Assembly: GCA_977862235.1 (NCBI GenBank)
Contig: OZ374565.1
Coordinates: 682,001 to 746,000, forward strand
From: Dudresnaya verticillata
Taxonomy: Eukaryota
Direction of reading: 5' to 3'
Length of the DNA: 64,000 nt
This document shows positions 32,787 through 45,993 of this stretch, piece by piece. The notes under the pieces were generated by a model, which saw only the letters and a list, made by a program, of their open reading frames with translations, was not told where the DNA came from and did not search any database. Made by a program: the position numbers and the translations under genes. Within the stretch, counting starts at the first letter, position 1. Every line of letters begins with the position of its first letter.

Positions 32787-33133
32787 TGTCGTGGTACACA
32801 GAATCTGCACTTCACGCGGAACGTATCCTGTACGATCAGGATACTGGCTGTTCTGTGTGATGGGGGAAGGTCAAAAACGGATAGTTTACTGAGATAGAGA
32901 GCCGGGGCTGACCGCCTTAGCGTGCACCTGATATAATCAAATGCGTTTCTCTTCCTCGTACCCCGGACGAGAGAGGGACGGCGAACCCGAGCACTTAGTA
33001 TCAATCGACTGCAGCGGGCGGCACCGTCGCAAGAGCGACGGCCGCATTCCTTACATTTTCTTACAGGGCTCTCCCGAATTAATTCGGCGGTGAATGGTGC
33101 AATTATTGCAGCGGGAGAGGGGCTGCTGCGACA
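32787..33133 (-). repeat. 3' LTR of copia element 2 (347 bp)
   Basis: Near-identical to the split 5' LTR (about 8 mismatches by eye). Confidence 0.95.
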
Positions 33134-33145
33134 CTCCCTCCAAAT

Positions 33146-34322
33146 GTGGAGCAGTCGGTTGTAGTAAAAGCGGCGGGCGCGCCGGCTAGAGCACGGCAGC
33201 AAGCAACCACAAACAGCCAGAAGAAAAATTTCCGAGCGTCGCGGATGGGCCGCAATATCGTACAGCAAAATGTGTGTGGTAAAAAGTCCTTTCGGCGGCG
33301 CGTTACGTTTTTAGCGAGAGCGGTGAAACAGCGCCCGGCAATTAACAAAATTGCCTGCACCCGGGTTGCCGGCTTACCCCGTTTGGGTGATGCCGAAGTA
33401 CCCCGGGGGACGAGTTTAACGTTTGATGACAGCCGAACTGTACAGCACGTAGCTGAGGGCGAAGACGACGCGCCGTGGGGCGTGGAGGCAGTGATGGTCG
33501 GAGACGGCTCCAACCTCGCGCGAAGGTTTGCGGACGGGGTGGTATTTTGTTAGGCGAAGATTAGCGGCGGAGCGGAGAGCTACCATTCCATTGACCCCAA
33601 AAGTCTGGCCTTGAGTGTGAACGGGAGTCGAGACGTGGTGCGCCCAACGGGCACAAAAACCCGTTGAGGCACGCAGTACCCGAAAAGCTTCACGATGCCA
33701 GTGCAGAGTGCGCTTGATGGGCAGTCAGCAGCACAGAGAGTGCTCGAATTTTGCAGGCAATTTCCCGGCCTTGCTGTGGTGCTGGGCGGCCCTGGCGCCC
33801 GGGATAGCAATCCAGCGCTTGAGCGCGACTTAATTGGCCAAACGGATGACCTTGTTGCCGCCAGCGAGGAGCTGGACTGCGTTCCAGCGTCGTTGGGCAA
33901 CAGCCTTGCCTCTGTAAGGGGCTACTGTAATTCCGTCAAGGCTAAGGCCCTTTTGCTCCAGAACAAGACGCATTTCACCAGACTTGGCCAAGCTGGGCCA
34001 GTGCTGACCGCCTTGAAAATGAAGCTCTGTCTTCGGAAGCCATGTCCCATGTCCCGAAATGCGCAGGTCTCTCAATACTGATCGGTTCGATAACGCGTTC
34101 AACCTCCTTGGGGAGCTGAGCGCTGGGGTTTGGGTGGTCCGTTTCGTGCAGGCGGGGGTAGTCGACCATTGCACCGCTATCGACGCGTTCCGTGGGATGA
34201 TTTTGGACTCTGAAGAGAAGAAATCTGTACAGCTGTCTAGTCGGACTTTGAGGTTGTGCGGCGGCCCACGGGCGAACGAGGTCAAGGTTGCGGAGGTGTA
34301 CGAGGTGGTTGAGCAGGTTTGA
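33146..34322 (+). pseudogene. antisense extra ORF of copia element 2; putative papain-fold cysteine peptidase
   Basis: Same-frame pieces 33146-33553 and 33695-34081, then a frameshift to 34059-34322. Motifs DCVPASLGNSL and GVWVVRF...DHCTAIDAFRGMILDSEE. Confidence 0.5.
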
Positions 34323-36414
34323 AGAAAAATAAAAGCAGGTGCAGCGCACAATAAATCCTCACGCGACTTCGAAGATTGTACCACACGGCTTGCTTGGCCG
34401 GCTCAATCACCAACTTCAGGCCTAATGATCCATTGTTCAGGTACGATGTCTAGCTCTCCAGTCATGAAAACTTGCTGGAGGGGTGCTTGAGCCATGGGTT
34501 TGGTGAGCCCATCAGCGATGTTTCGGGAGCTGCGCACGAAACCGATGTCGGAAATGACCTTTTGCTTGAAAGCTTGTTGTGCAGCCGCGATATCAAGCAT
34601 GGTACGCTTTTCGGAAGTGCGCGATCCCTTCGGCACGATATCAAATAAGCACTTGCTATCTGTGAAGAGGTACACCGGGATCTTACGAGACAGCACGAGA
34701 CTGAGTTCTTCCGCGAGTGCAGCTGCGAGGTCGAACAGGTCGCTGAAGGCTATGACCTCGCCTGCCATGACAGATTGCGTGACTCTCCGTGCTTTGTACG
34801 ACTTGAATGAGATTGGGACGAATCTGTTATGCTTGTCAGCCAGGAATAAGATGTTTCCAAGCTGCGAAGAAAGGTCCCTGTTGTTGGCGAAGGACGCGTC
34901 CGAAAATCCGACAAGTCGAAGGCTGTTTGGGTCAAGTTGTCGGATGTGAAGCGACACGCGGTTGTCCGTTGCAAACTTGACGGCTTTGTTAAGCCTTCGA
35001 AGCGTGGAGGACTTTTCTTTCTCGAGGTGCGCTTCGGTGACCTGCGCAAGTTGTGAGATCTCCAAGAGGCAGTCGGGGCGAGAGTTCGAGAGCCAAGCCA
35101 GTCGCATGCGCATAGATCGGAACCGGCTGAAGCTGGAGTCGAGCGGGAGCTGTTCCAGCTTGCGGAGATAGTTACTCTGGTCCACGAGTATGTCGCCTTC
35201 TGGAGTGCAGTATAGAGAGAATCCTGTGAATGCGCATGGTAATGTTTCATCCTCGGCCATGTCGAACTGCCTGTTCGTCTTCTTGGATAGATTTCGGAAG
35301 TTTTGATCTCCTGCCGTTATGAGATCGTCGACGTACGCACCGCTTAGGCCTTTCAGGATGCCATCAACGACAAGATGGTACAGTGCAGGGTCGTACCGGA
35401 AAGGCTTCAAGCCGAGCTGCTAGCGATGGTGCTTGTGCAGGGTCTCATTCCACATGTCACCAGATTCACAGAGGCCATAAAGTGGTTTGAGCAGCTGCAA
35501 GCACTGGTCTGGGTCGAGTTCAAACTGCGCAGCTGGATTTCTGATGAAGATCTCTCGCGATAAGTTTTCGGCGGACTGGAGATATGTTTGACGGACGTCT
35601 GATGTCCATATGTCGAAACCGAGCATTAAGGAAAGCGCTAACAGCAAACGAACAGACTGGGGTTGCAACGTGGCTGCGGTATGCACCATCATGTTCTTGA
35701 GTTTGTCACGGTGTCCTCCTATGACGTACCGAGCTTTGAACTTTATTTCTCCATCTTCCGTGGACTTCAGGGCGAGTACGAAGCGGCCAGGTAGAACGTT
35801 CGCATCGGGCGGAATTCCTTCTTTCATGATGACCTTGAACGTTCCCCGTTCTAGCAGGTTGCGGATCTCCTTCCGTTTCGCAGCGGTAGTCTCGTTGCCA
35901 GTAGCTCGGGGGTCCCTCGGGGTTAGTATCTCCGTGAGCCACACATTGTTGTCACTGTCAGGCTGTGGGGAGCCCAAGCGCAAGAGGCATTCACTGACGT
36001 CGCACATGAAATCGTGAGCTATCGCCTCCGGCTCATAGTATGGCTTAACTTGTGCGAAGCTGAAGGGTCTTGCCGCACCAATCGTGAAGTCCTGTACGTA
36101 CACAGTCTTCTTACCTTCGTCAGTCGACATGATGCTGAACGGTCTCAACCACTCTCCGATTCGATTAGCAATCAGCTTCTCCCTCCAAAAAAGGACGTTT
36201 CGCCAGGCTGGTACGATCTGTCTGCTGCAGGTGGGACAAAATGGTGACGCGCTCGTTTTAGACGCAGCTTTGCCAAGTGTTGCTACATCTCCTTTCTTGC
36301 TGCGATGACGAGTTGCGCCCTGCTCTCCAGTGATGTGCGTTGTCCTCGAGTCTCCGATCTGGTGTACACGGGGGATATTCGCCGAAGACTAACGCAGAGC
36401 GGACAAGTCCTTCG

Positions 36415-37203
36415 TGTGGTGCAACGCCCAGGTCCTCTCCGAGCTGGGGGTTGATAACCCCATTTTTGCGCGTGATCGCTCGCGCGCGTCCGCGACGCGC
36501 GCCGCCAAGCTGGGCTTTCCCATTGGACCGTGGCTGACCACTACAGTGGGCCCGGGCCCACACTTGGGGCTTTCCCCCGCCGTCGCCTTTACAGGGCCGC
36601 ACTCGCCGCCTTACAAGCCACCGCCACGCAAGCGCGCGCAAGACACGCACACGCGTGATACGTGCACACGCGCACACGCACGCGTCATTACAAGTCTTAC
36701 AGCGTGCTGGTGTCGGTGTACGTACAGTAGGTACACTGTGCTACTGTAGTGTTAGTTTATTGTACTCTAGTGTTAGTTTATTTGCTAGTGTACAGTAGCC
36801 CTAGTCGCCACCGCCGCGGCGCCGCCGCCGGAGGTGGGACTTAAGGGGCTAGGACCGATCTCCTACAGTAAACCCAACCAAGCTTCGGCTCCACACTTAG
36901 GGTACCCCCTACCTCCGTGCGCTTGGCGAGTGAAGCCATCGCGGAGCTGGGCTACGTATGCCTGTGGTGCTGACACCTTTTCTACCTTCGTGTTCACACG
37001 CTTGTTGTGCCGGTGCCCCCACCTTCTGGCTCACTGTGTGCTCACACGGCTTTGGTGTGTGTTTACAGTCCGCACACTGGGGCCTTCCCCTTGCTCTACC
37101 CTACCACGCACTGACGCGCTCACACGCGTCACCGCGGCTACCCTCCCACGTCGGACTCGTGGGTTGCGTTGGTTGCGACCCTCATTCAGAGGGTTGCACT
37201 ACA
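36415..37203. mobile_element. solo LTR (789 bp) inside the integrase
   Basis: TGTGGTGCAAC...GTTGCACTACA; TSD CTTCG; removal restores TLGPE-GLVRSALVFG. Confidence 0.92.
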
Positions 37204-39212
37204 CTTCGGGCCCGAGTGTGTGGTTCATTGCCTTCACTGAAAGGGCGAGAACTAAGTGCTTATCACTGTTGGGATGGTCCTTCATGATCTTCCGGTATGT
37301 CTGTCACAGAGGCTGATGATATCGTTCTCCGATCCCTAAGCTTGAGTGCGCTTAGATGGCGGTTCTGTAAACGTGGGCGTTTGAAGCAGCTGTCATGCTG
37401 ATAAAGAGGTCGCCAAAAGCGCTTCCTTGGTCAGTCAGCATCCTGTTAGGAAGTGCGGTGTAGATGGTTGCCCAGCATTCGATGATGGCTTGCCAGATTG
37501 CCTTGGTCGTGACTTCGGGCAGGAAGCGTGCGGCTCCAAAGTGCGTGCCCTCGTCGACGATATGAAGCACGGGGTCACCATCCAGGTAAATGACGTCTAA
37601 GATGATACGCTCATTGAACTGACAGCTCTCCGCGCCGAAAGATACCTTGAACCTGATCGGAGCATTTTGTATTCGTTGGCACCGATCGCACCTCTTGGCG
37701 AGGTCTTGCAGGACGTTGAGCGTTCCAGGTGTTGCTTGGCCCGGTCGAGCCTTACGAATGAGGTTGAAAAGCTTCTGCGCCAAGGGATGGAAGAACTGAC
37801 GATGAAGGCGTACCAGCTGAGACCTGGTGAAGAACATACTGGTTGAGAAATGCATTTGGGAGTAAAGATGATTGCTCCGTGCTCGACGCAAAGGTACATG
37901 CCACTCATCGAGGTAGACATATTTCCCATCCTCTTTCTTGACTGCAGTACGCTTCGCTAGTCTGTTGGAAACAGTGCAAGGCGTGAGCGACTCCTTGTCA
38001 AGTACATCCATACCAAGTAATGGAGGAATATCAGCCTGGACAACGTCCATTTCGACATTGATCGGGGGAATACCTGCGGGGGTGAGGAGGGGGATTGTCA
38101 CTTTCCCAAGGGACTCGTAGATGGAATCTGCAAAACGGAACCGGCTACTTGATGGTAGGAAGGGTCGGACACGAAGGCCAGCACTCGTGAAGACGCGATT
38201 GAGTTCCTTTCGTCCTATCACATACTTGGGTGCTCCAATGTCGCAACAAAAGCCGGGTGGTCTCGCTCCGGTCGTCTCACTCGCTAGGATGGATACAGAT
38301 ATCCTCTCACAGTTTACATCTTCTATCTCAGACTTTTGGCGGGGACGTACAGTGCGATGGGCGTGTGCCCAGGTACTGTTATTCGGGCGACGAAGGTCAA
38401 GCCTTACTCTTCGTCGCCGAAATGAAAATCCTGTTGGCATTCGCGATCGTTCTTCTGCTGCATCGCCAGCGAGATGCCGTTGGTGAACCATTCTTCATCC
38501 TGCTTCTCCGCGAACATAGTCCGAATATCATCACTGGGAGTTGTTAGAGAGTCGTAGACCTCTAGATCGGTTGGGGTAGTACCAAAATGGGCATCCGATG
38601 GTTCGGAATCATTCCCTTCGTGTGCCTCATTGCCGATTTCGACTTCTAGTTCTCCCTCCATTCCGGCTACCAGTTCCGAAACAACGTGAACGGACGACTC
38701 ACCATTCGCGAGACGGTTGCGAACGTGGGAGCGGATCGACCCTTTGCTGCAGCGGTGTCCAGATTTCCAGGGCGTTTCGCACTTGTGGCATTGGTTGCGC
38801 CGTCGGCTCTCTTCAAAGAGCGGTAACCATTCGGACGCTGGGTATGCTGCGTTCCCTTAGTCGAATGAGATCTGTCTCCCTTCTTGACCCACTTCGGGTT
38901 GCGGCCGTACTGCTGGACGAACGTTTCTTGTGCATCAGCATGACGAATCGAAGTGCCAGCGGAAGGTAGCTCACCGGTTATCATCTGGATCTGCTTGAGG
39001 TTTTGGATAGAGTCATGCAGAGCCGTGACAAAGCCGTTGAAACTGTAGCCACTCGACGTGATGTTCTGAATGGATTTCTGCGACCACTCCTTGTACTTGG
39101 CGACTGCCTTGCGTACGAAATCGATCTTGTGCCAGTCCGATCAGAAGTCAGGATGACACTGGGGAGCAAGTTCATCGATGTGCTCGAAAAGCTTCGACAG
39201 TCCTTCGGAAAT

Positions 39213-40042
39213 TGTGGCGCACGGGGGGCCGAGCTTTTATTTCCTCTCCATGGGCGTCAAGGGGCTCGTCGACCGACGGACGGTCGCCTGAAACGGCTCA
39301 TTCGCCGTTGGCGCGAACACATCATCGACGATTGGCCTACGGACGCGCGGGCGCCACAACCCCGCGCTGCGCACGCCGATGCACTGTCCGGCGCAACGTG
39401 TAAAGCGGATCTGGATGATGCATCGGGATCAACTACGTGTAAACGGGCTGGCTGTCATTTTGGCCCGGATCCCGATTGAATCCGGATCCGACAATCGGAT
39501 CGGACATCGGGATCCACTGTAAGGGAAACGCGCCTTTAATACGGTGCTAATCGCGATTCGAATCCGGATCGCCTACAGCACCGCACAGGCGCGTCTCTGT
39601 AAGATGCATGCGCCGGCGTACAGCGGCTGCATTGTCCCGGGACCTGTCAGACGCACCTCCGTGCGACACGCGTCCCGGGTTCCCGCGCACTACGTCATGC
39701 AGCCGCCGCGCCGCGGCCCCATAGCATTACTTGGGGACCTCATAGGACGTAGCAGTAAAGCCCCAGTAAGGCGGTTTAAGTCTAGACTTCCCTCCCGCGA
39801 CAGCGCGCACCCTACCGCTGCACGGAAGCATAAGCGTCTACCTATCCGTGTTTCCACGTTCATAACCGTTGCTAACGTGTTTTCCTTTGGGTTTCTTTGC
39901 CCCTTTTCTCTCTCGGCTTGGGTGTTTACAGTCCGCCCTAGGCGTGTTCAACCTGCTCTATCAAGCTCGCCACCAGCGGCTACCCACGGGCTCCCGAACG
40001 GCCCGGAGGTGTTTTCCGTCTCTAGACGACGTTTGCGCGACA
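39213..40042. mobile_element. solo LTR (830 bp) inside gag
   Basis: TGTGGCGCA...TGCGCGACA; TSD GAAAT; removal restores LTDIS-EGLSKL. Rich in GGATCC/CCGGAT motifs; related to 61269-62142. Confidence 0.9.
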
Positions 40043-40964
40043 GAAATGTCCGTGAGGTCATTACCCTCCATGTATATCTTGAGGCGGAGAGTATCAAGCT
40101 TGCCTTTCACTCGGAGTTGGTGGGCATCACTGTTATACTCTCGGAGCATGATGGCAGCGATCTCGTCGAAAGACATCCCTTCTTTAGCCGTATTGAAGAA
40201 GAAAGTCCTTGCGGCCCCATCAAGTGCGTGTAAAAACAAGTCAGCCTTCTGTCCTAGAGATAGAGCGTACTGAAGGGCAAAAATGGAGTACATCTTCAAC
40301 ATGGTCTGAATCGACTGCTTCAGATCACCAGTGAACTTGTTATCCTTGAACATCATTTGCACGTAGTTGGCTTTACTCGGATCTTCGTAACCATCCACAT
40401 GGATAAACGTATCCGGACGATCAGCAGATCCATGGCCAGCACCGAAAGGCCCTGAACCAGGATTGTTGACACCGGGACCTCCGGCACGGTGAGACCTGGC
40501 CCTAGGGGCTCCGTCGCCACTGATACCAACACGAGCGCTGTTGTTCGAAGCTCCATTATCGGGGGCCCTTGCGTGCGGCCGAACGAGACACAATGGGTAG
40601 CGTTCTGGTACCCTGTGGGTTGTGTTGCGAAAATTGGCATACGAGTGTTCTTGTACTTATCGATGATCAATCTAGCGGTGCCGGTAGTACAGTCCAAGAA
40701 CCATGCAAACCAGATAAGAAGCTTCAGCTTTTCGTCGCGCTTCTCCGGGACGGTGAGAAGAACCTCTCTGACGTAGGTGACATCGGCATTGTCGAAACCG
40801 TATAGCTTCGCAATCGCGTACAGAATCATCACCGGGAAGAGCGGTGTCACGAAGAAGTTATCCTGGAAGATCTCCTCAGTCGATGGTAGAACAAGGTGCA
40901 TGAAAGAGATCTGTTGCGCTGCAGTCGAGTCGGAAGACGAGCCAACCTCGGAGCCTGTGTAGAG

Positions 40965-41825
40965 TATGGCATAGACGTCAGGTCGAACTGACGTCTAGCT
41001 GCGCTGGTCGATCAGTCGCACCCAGACCCGTCGAAGGGTGGTCGCTGTGGTGGTAGAGCGGCGGTGTCGGCCGCGCGCGCCATCGACGGTCGCGGATCAA
41101 CGGCGTCGAAGCCTGAGCGCGCACGGGGCGTACCGTACGCGGGCGGCAGCGGCCGGATCCCTGCGTCCTGTGCAACAGTCCCCGTCGTGGGGCGGCACGA
41201 AGCCGACGGTAGGGAAAGGAAAAGGAAAGCCTAGGCGGCTAGGGAAAGAGGGAAGCCGTAGGGAAAGCCGTAGGGCGAAGGACTGGGAAAGAAACCCAAA
41301 GCAGAAAGGGCCAGCCTGGCGTAGGCTGGCTTGCCCGGTTTACTGAAGCCCAGAGGGGCGACTACTAGATATACTACAGGGCCTGCGGCGTCACCAACCC
41401 GGGAGGTGCGGCAGAGCGCCCCAACACGCGTCGACGCGTACGGGTAACGGTAACCCGGGGGCGCGCGTGGGCGAAACGGTCCACACGTACTCAACGGCTC
41501 GACGCCGGAGTGCGCGCGCGCGTGTCACGCACTCAACGGCTCTGCGCCAGAGTGCGTGCGTGCAGCGCGCAGCACAGCGGGGCGTTCGACCGCCGCTTAC
41601 ACTAGACGGTGCTGTACACTACAAAACAATAAACGTAGAAATTACATGGGAGTTTCAGTGTCACACGCGTACGCGTTCACACGCGGGCGCCACTGCGCAC
41701 TTCCTTACAGTTCAGCGGGGCTTCGGCGCCACCGGCTGACAGCGTGCGCACAGCAGTGCACACGTGACGTAGCTGGTCTTACAGCTGCGCGTGCGTGGCA
41801 CAGCTAGTCTTACAGCTATGCCACA
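40965..41825. mobile_element. solo LTR (861 bp) inside gag
   Basis: T(A)TGGCATAG...CTATGCCACA; TSD TAGAG/TGGAG (1 mismatch); inverted copy at 63372-64000. Confidence 0.9.
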
Positions 41826-42045
41826 TGGAGCTCAAGGGTAGACTTGGCAGCACTGATCAGAGCTACGGCTGGCTGATCAGTCATGCTCACAACGTTTAAC
41901 TTCTTAAGAAGCTGTTCATGGGCGGCCATAAACTGGGTGCGAGTGCACTGCGGCATCTTGTAACGGCGGGTCGGATCGCGGGAGAAGATGGTAGATCGAG
42001 ATCGGCGATCGAGAAGAGTGCAGGTTGAGTGCACCGAATCCGGAT

Positions 42046-42193
42046 TGTCGTGGTACACAGAATCTGCACTTCACGCGGAACGTATCCTGTACGATCAGGA
42101 TACTGGCTGTTCTGCGTGATGGGGGAAGGTCAAAAACGGATAGTTTACTGAGATAGAGAGCCGGGGCTGACCGCCTTAGCGTGCACCTGATAT
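42046..42193 (-). repeat. 5' LTR of copia element 2, part 1
   Basis: Matches 32787-32934. Confidence 0.95.
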
Positions 42194-42499
42194 CCCTATC
42201 CAACCAGGGGGTGTTCCCAAACGGGAACACAACTTCGGCCTCCCATAATTAGTGAAGTTCTTATTTTCAGGATTCCCCATTCGGCCATCTGGGATGTTGT
42301 AGTTTGCCTTGCTGGCGCACTTTGTTTCAAATAGAATGGGCTACTCTAAACTAGTCTGTGCAGCGCCGTAAGGACGTCCTTTTTCGCCTAGTCGACAGGC
42401 CATATTTCGGCGTATGTTCCGATATCGGCACACGGCGCACATGTTCCTTTCTCAGTACACATGGTGGCCCGTTTATTATTACCTGATATCAAAAAAATA

Positions 42500-45400
42500 T
42501 CATCTCCTGGCCCGCACATTACGCTCCTGACCTCTCTCATCATCACCACTGCGGGTTCTTCTTCGCAGCTGCATTGTAGGAAGTTCACCTCCTCCGCTTG
42601 GTAACGCGGACGCTCGAGTCTCATTTGCCCTCGCGTTGCTATCTCCCACCCCCATAGAGACCCGTGCCGAGGGCTCCACCGAAGTTTCCTCGGGCGAACG
42701 ACAGCAAAGAACACGACTAGTGTGCCAGTGGTCCCAGCAGGTCTTTCGGAAACCAGCGTGGACCTTGACACAAAGATGGGCATCGCACTGCTTGCACTTG
42801 ATGCTTGTTTTGTGCCCCCTGAACTTTGCTCCGTGGTTCTGTCCACACAATGCGCAATAATTGATAGCTGCAGCTCCATGGTCGTGAACATTATAAACAG
42901 TCCTTAGTCGTACTCCGTCTGGCTCATTGAACCACTTGATCCTGAAAAGCTTTCTGGTTTTCGCTGCGGAGATAACGTTCCGGAAATTGTTCCTTGCATC
43001 GGCTCCGTTAACTTCTTCAACGACTAATTCCGTTCGTTCGTTTCCTTTAGATAACCTCTCAGCGCTCATGAAGAGCTCATTACAAAGATCCCAGACGACG
43101 TCGTTCTGGGCTGAACATTGTTGAGTCGATGGCGGTAGGATTCCAAAGAGGCGAAAACATCCTTGCTTTCAAGCAGTTCTTCCCTTCGAAGCATTCGAAA
43201 AGCAATAAAAGAGTTCACAGCCACAGATTTGAGTACCTGGGTTATTAACGTTTGCTTCCATTTCAAGTTCCCTACTGCATTGCGTAGCATTGCCCTTGCC
43301 TGCGTTGAGCCGTCAACCCCTCCTTTACTTTTGGAATAAAGGCATTGCGTTCCGTGCTTAAACAAACGTATCGGTGGCATTGGGCCCCTCTCGCAAACAT
43401 ATCCATCTATCATTTGCCAGAATTTCATTCTGGATCGCACAACAGAATCAAGAGCGTGACCGAGCTGTAATGTACAGGTCTGCTCGGTTTCGTGAATCCA
43501 AGAGAGAGCCTCCGCAGTGCAATTAATTGATTCCTCCCTTACTTTGCTCGACGTATCCGCCGCGCAGTGAAAGATTAGAACGAACATTATGCTGCGTTCT
43601 TAGGCGGCACAGTAGACCACGAAGTTGATGTTAAGATCTGCGAAGTAGTGTACCACTTGTCCGTAGTGTTCCTTCTGAACATACCTTTTAAAAACGTCAT
43701 CGCCAACTTCACAGAAGATAGGTCGTTCAGTGGCGAGCGGGAGAAGCCGATCCATTGTGTTGTCAACAACACTTGTTTTGACTTCCACTGCGGCGAAAGG
43801 ACGTTCCCCTTCCGACAAGGTCAAGTGCTGTTCCAAGAAAGCTTTGTCAAGGACAGCTAGCCCATCTGGGGAGCATGCTATCCATGGACATAATTTGTTG
43901 CCGAGGAATCCCACTTGGAAAATGTCAATGATGAACGGCCTTCGCTTCAAAGAGGCTATCACGGCGCCCTCATTCGCAGTGCCGCGCATCATGTTTGGAG
44001 TTGAACGAGATGCACTAAACCATCCATGGCAAAGAGTTCTAAACATTTGTTGCGGGTCGGGTCCCGAGCGTCTTCGGCCTGTAAACCGAGAACGCTCCTG
44101 TATGTATGCGACATTTTCAATAGCTTGCCACCAGAGGTTTCAGTGACGCGAAACTGCCTTAATACAAACCAGTCCGAGCAACGCTGACCCACAGTGAGAA
44201 CCTTGCTCGTAGCCCAGAGATAAACCTCCAGGAATTGCTGTATGTCCAACGCGTCATCTGGGGGATCAAGATTTTCCCTTCATCTGTTCGTACTCTGAAA
44301 AGGTGTTCCGAGTATGATATTTTGTAAGGCACAACAACCCAGAAGTCAAGGCTGTCCGCCAGCGGCCGTGGGATATTGAACGCAAATCTTATCACCTTGC
44401 TCGGTTTTGATGTACAATGCTCGCGCACTGCAATTGCGGCAACCTCTTTTGACGGCATTCCAGCGCGCTTAAATGTTTTGTTGGCACGGAAAACACCCGG
44501 TCCTAGGTTCGGCCTATCGTCAATTATGAAAGCCACGCCCCTGTCTGGTACAATGTCCGACGGTAGCTGTTCTGCTGGAATTCCTGTTTGCGATAAAATA
44601 CCTTCCTCGTCTTCATCTGACGTTTCGCCATCATCATGAAGATTAGTTTGTAATCGCGAAGCGGCCAAAAAAGGATGGCATTTGTTCAGATGGTCGGGCA
44701 TGATGCACATAGCACCCAAACCATTCTGGATCAACTCCTCAATTAAAGTCCATTTTGCGTAACCTCTGTCAGCTGTTATCACCAGGCCACGCATAGTATG
44801 CTCTCCATGACGTTCTAACAGAGACTCAAGAATGCGTTCAACTCCTTTGGCGGTCTTCTCCGCCCACCTGTTGAAACGTATTGCCAAAACAATTCTAAAC
44901 AATGCATCAGCTACAACGTTTGCCGAATGACCTTCTCTATCGACTTTTCGCGCGCTAATAGTCTTCACTTGATTGTCAGAAGCTCTAGTGCCGAAAAGGT
45001 CGTCGTCCAAGGTGCACAATGAGTAATGCGGCCGAAGAAATATTTCGTTACTTAGTGCGAAAGCCTCGCGTTCAAACTGCGCTAGTTGCGGAGTCAGGTC
45101 ACGCTGAGAAATCCACGACACGACATTGTCACTGCCACGACCAATGGGTGAGAAAGCCTTCAGGTTTAACATAATGAACTGAAATCGGTCGGCGTCCATG
45201 GCGTGGAAGTCCAGGGAGCGAAAGTGCTCAATACTTTTTGTAACGCTCAAGCTGGTGTAGCGAGAAAACAAAAACACCGCCAGGAACCGCAACATGTCAG
45301 GCCTCTGCACGCTGCGATGCTCTTGCCCTTCGAGTCCTATGGAGGCATTCACCCACTGCTGAATCCTTGAAATTATGTCCCCAGCGAGCACCTCAAAGAC

Positions 45401-45868
45401 GCCAAACCTCGTTCCAGGAATTCCTTTCGACACTAGCTCCTGTTTCATGCGGTGGACAGCATCCAAGCAGTACAGTCTTGCTCTTTCGGAGAGGAAGATG
45501 CCAACAAACTCTGAATCAAGTAGTAGTTTGTACTGTGTAGGTTCAGCAGCAGTCCAACCTGCCGTTGGACCATCCCTACGACCGCTTGCAGGGGTTTGTC
45601 TTGTTGCAGCACGGAACGATCTCCGTCCTCTTGGTCCTCTTGGAACAGACGGGCGTCGACTGCGACCTCGGTCTCCTCGTTCGGGATGCGCCGAACTGCT
45701 TGCATGGACATGCGACGAGCTAGGTGCGGGAGTGGCGGTCTGTGGGAGATTTTCGTGTTGCGAAACGTCATGCAGAAGCTCGGATGGTGCGCGGGGAACG
45801 CGGTTGTTTGTGCCTTCCTGACGAGTCCCTTGGAGTTCATGAAACGACGGATTTTCTGGGGCACTCAT
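42500..45868 (-). pseudogene. piggyBac-like transposase with an internal YqaJ/lambda-exonuclease domain and a C-terminal Cys-rich domain; frameshifted
   Basis: TLDDD, ITADRGY, KGGVDG (DDD triad); QRCSDWF..R..RVT, RGTANE, CSPDGL, VEVKT, QVVH (YqaJ-type PD-(D/E)xK); CALC..CKQCDAHLC..CWDHWH. Confidence 0.85.
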
Positions 45869-45993
45869 GAACTCTGCACGCTTACGTGAACAACGGGTGT
45901 GAAGGTGTAGGGTGTTGGGCAGTATAACTCTGGGAGCAGCTGATGGGAAGGGGTTTGCAAAGGTCGGAGGCCCCGGGTAGTGCACGAGGGGTT

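Larger units (their letters stand above)
34403..41956 (-). pseudogene. pol: gag-pol of copia element 2, with stops, frameshifts and three solo-LTR insertions
   Basis: CCDIGAP (protease); LHRQFFH..CDRC, VDEGTHF, TDQGSAF, GIGERYH (integrase); FKARYV, LLKPLYGL, AYVDDL (RT); FSDASFAN, TDSKCLFD, NIADGLTK (RNase H). Frames rejoin when the inserts are removed. Confidence 0.93.
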
